Positions 60,972 through 63,734 of a DNA stretch of 63,734 bases are shown piece after piece. A program made the translations under genes and the position numbers. Position 1 is the stretch's first letter. Each line of letters opens with the position of its first letter. Location of the stretch: positions 434,267 through 498,000 of the forward strand of contig NW_020845073.1 of assembly GCF_003704095.1 (NCBI RefSeq), written 5' to 3'. Source of the stretch: Pocillopora damicornis. Lineage: Eukaryota. Under the pieces are notes generated by a model, which worked only from the letters and a program-made list of their open reading frames with translations, was not told the DNA's origin and ran no database searches.

Positions 60972-62454
60972 CTAGCGTGCAAACGAGCTGGATACGATAC
61001 TGATGTATATGATAAGGCCAAAGATGATAGATGCAATATTGAGCCACCTAGCAATGTTAGAGTTCCTCAAGGCACCATCGTAATCTCCTGCAGCATATGA
61101 ACTGTCCACCTTCAAATACACAAACGAAACTAACATCAGACAAACAAACAAACAACAAAGAAAGGAGATTATGTAACCAAAATAAAGTTTTATAGCCCCA
61201 GTATTGATTATCTTGCAACGGTTGAAAAGAACCATTTTCGATTTAACAAATCAACAGTGGTTTAGTGGTTTTTTGACAACGGCAAATTGGCCAATCAATT
61301 GTGGTATTACTGCCAATTGTGATGAGAAATAATGTTGAATATTGTGTGAGGTTTCAAACCACAGTACCTTTTTGCAAGTCTTGAACTTCAATATTACTTT
61401 TTGAAATGCGACTGTTGGACATCATGAACAAATTATGTTCAAGTTTGCTATAGAATGACTGTGAATGCACTATATAATTACAGATCCTGAGCACGAAGTT
61501 TGCTGAAACGACTATAGTTGCTTAAAAGGTTATCCATACGTTAGCTTCATGATCGTCGCGAATACTTTATTCCCCAACATTTATGGTATTCATACAGAGA
61601 CTCAATAGAGATCTTATTCAGCATCACAGACCGAGCTTTGCAAGGTCGAGCACGTACAATTCTAAGCCCGTTTTCCGTTTTCTCATATGATAGATTTTCA
61701 AACTTTTTCTATCTTACCATGCAAGAAAACACAATAGCTGCCAGTCCTATGGGCCATGCACAGAAAAGGCAGTTTAACACAGACCAACACATGTGATTTG
61801 GAGGACGAGGATTGACTGGCACCACGATAGTCTGGGCAGCCTGTGCAAGAATAGAGAAGTCAATTTAACGTCCTATAAACAGAAAGGAAGACTAAGCATT
61901 GAAGAGGGAAGACAACTGATGTGTAGTTACACGGTAAAGGCAGGAAATAATGTCAACAATCAGTCTTAAACTTACAGGGGCGCCAATATTGATCACAGTG
62001 CTGCTTTGTTGTACTTGCTGAACAGACTGTTGAGGATACGCTGCCGGTTGATGTGCTGGATACCCAGGCTGAGGTGGATACCCAGGCTGAGGTGGATACC
62101 CAGGCTGAGGTGGATACCCTGGTTGAGGCTGCGCTGGGTAACCTGGCTGCGCATTGTAATTTGGTTGGGCTGCGTAACCAGGTGGGTAACCAGGCTGGGG
62201 TGGATATCCAGGCTGAGCAGGGCTACCAGGTTGAGCTGAGACAGGAGGCTGCGCAGGCGATGTATATGGTGGAGGATCTACTGCAAAGATTATGAATATG
62301 ATCAGTTTGACCCTTGTCATCATAAAACGTAATTTTGTAGAAATGATTTAAGGAATTACTCTACAATTTTATCATTTTCTTTTTTGCCAGAATTGCATGT
62401 TTATGATTTTTTTAAATAAAAAATAATTTTACCTTGAGGATTCTTCTCGGTCAT
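60972..62454 (-). CDS. CD225/dispanin (PRRT1/IFITM-like) protein c, 194 aa; exons 62454-62433, 62277-61976, 61840-61718, 61109-60972
   Basis: MTEKNPQ|DPPPY, (PPQPGY)n repeats, PPNHMCWSVLNCLFCAWPIGLAAIVFSCM|VDSSYAAGDYDGALRNSNIARWLNIASIIFG; phases 1,0,0 as in paralog a. Confidence 0.9.
62057..62240 (-). repeat. Coding 18-bp minisatellite encoding PPQPGY/PAQPGY
   Basis: GGATACCCAGGCTGAGGT x3 near-perfect, plus degenerate copies. Confidence 0.85.
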
Positions 62455-63734
62455 TTCTTGAGTTTTGAGTCAATCAATGATTTAGTCCCAGACAATCGAT
62501 ACCAAGTTCACCTGAAGATGACAGCGTTTAAACAAGCGTAAATATCTAATGAAACAATAATTTTTTCAATATCTGTCATTCAAAGTTCCTACTTTTTATC
62601 CGCTTACTGAAGGCTTTTGTGTTATTTTACATGTCAGTTGTAATTGGTCCGTCAATTCAGTTTGTCGAAATCGGAGTATTGTATAGAAATCAAAGGCATT
62701 GTGTCCACAGGTTACAGAATACATTATTCGCAAATTTAATTTTTTATTTTATCACCTTAGGAGCTTTTTAATTAAATTTTTGATTTGGTCCCAAAAAAAG
62801 ATAGTCCAAAAAATGGTCAAAAAAATAGTCCAGTCCATATTTTACCCTTTATGCCGATGCAAATTGAATGTGCAGCCAGCTAATTTGCATAAGTAATTCA
62901 AGCCAAGGTTCGACGTCTCTTGGTGGCACGAGGTGTTCGCTTAACATTCCAGGACATCCGATAATCGCTTCAAAAAATGTAATTATGCTCCCCTCGAATG
63001 AGATGGAAAAAACCGCAACTTCCGATGATTACAATTCCAATCATTTTCAAGATGCAGCTCTACTTTGTTCACTCATTTTCCAGAAACAAGAGTTCAGAGA
63101 AATGTCTCGTACAAACTTAACGGGTCTAATTCGAAAAAACTTAAAGGGCGATACGCTAACCTTATTTTCTCTGTAAAGACAATGCATGTCTTAAAGAAGA
63201 CAACAGTAAATTGTTAACACAAGGTCCACGAATATTCCTGACCAAATGTTACAGAAACATATAACAAGAACAATTTAAAACACGTAAAACGAAGGGACTC
63301 AAAAATAGCCTAAAAAGCGGCACCGGTAAAGCTGATTTCACCTCCATGATCGAAGACCTAGGCCTACGTAAGGTTAACTCCGACAAACCCTTCTTTATAC
63401 AGGTCATGGTTTTTAACTTTTAAAGTCCAGAAACTATGTTGATTAGATAATCCAGAGAATACACATCGCTTCCAACTGATAGTCTCCTCGTTCGGTCTTC
63501 AAGCTTCGGCGCAATGCAGTTATTCTTATAATGACCTTTTATGTGCGAAGGTTTCAGTTTGGAACGGCATTTTGAGCTTTTCCGAAGACATCAGTCTTGT
63601 CAAAATCGACTATACCAGGGAAGAAGCTGGTCTAAAACATCGTTATTGCATTTAAGGTCATTGGGAACAAATTCACACATATGAATATCGTCTTACGCGA
63701 CTGCTGAGTTAGGAGGGATAAGAAAAGGTTAAAA

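Noticed and set aside
62057-62240. CRISPR-like or non-coding repeat array
   Set aside because: Contiguous coding minisatellite with no spacers, in a eukaryotic exon.

Overview
AT-rich, intron-containing animal genomic DNA. The repeat families and gene structures suggest a scleractinian coral or other anthozoan (inference; no search run). It is not prokaryotic, and there is no CRISPR array or rRNA. Twelve spliced protein-coding genes were rebuilt by hand from GT-AG sites with consistent phases: a tandem pair of two-domain Ly6/uPAR (three-finger) genes; TDRKH/Papi with a ~525-aa acidic disordered tail; riboflavin kinase (RFK); two convergent CD20/MS4A-like four-TM paralogs; a MIF4GD/SLIP1-like gene head-to-head with SMU1; three CD225/dispanin (IFITM/PRRT-like) paralogs; and a DUF1757-like membrane protein. 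Introns and spacers carry TTAA-flanked piggyBac-type MITEs, L2/CR1 LINE fragments, a tRNA-derived SINE, a Crypton-like remnant and a dead OTU domain. Top observations: (1) RFK has a duplicated alternative first coding exon, synonymously diverged but conserved in protein, with an altered nucleotide-binding loop and an Arg-rich N-terminal extension. (2) The mitochondria-anchored piRNA factor TDRKH has a FFAT-like motif in its tail. (3) One Ly6 copy lost a disulfide pair and the other has a frameshifted GPI signal. (4) One MS4A-like protein carries five ~41-aa His-rich repeats. (5) Homologs of vertebrate antiviral membrane families cluster here, with GAS/IRF-E-like promoter motifs.
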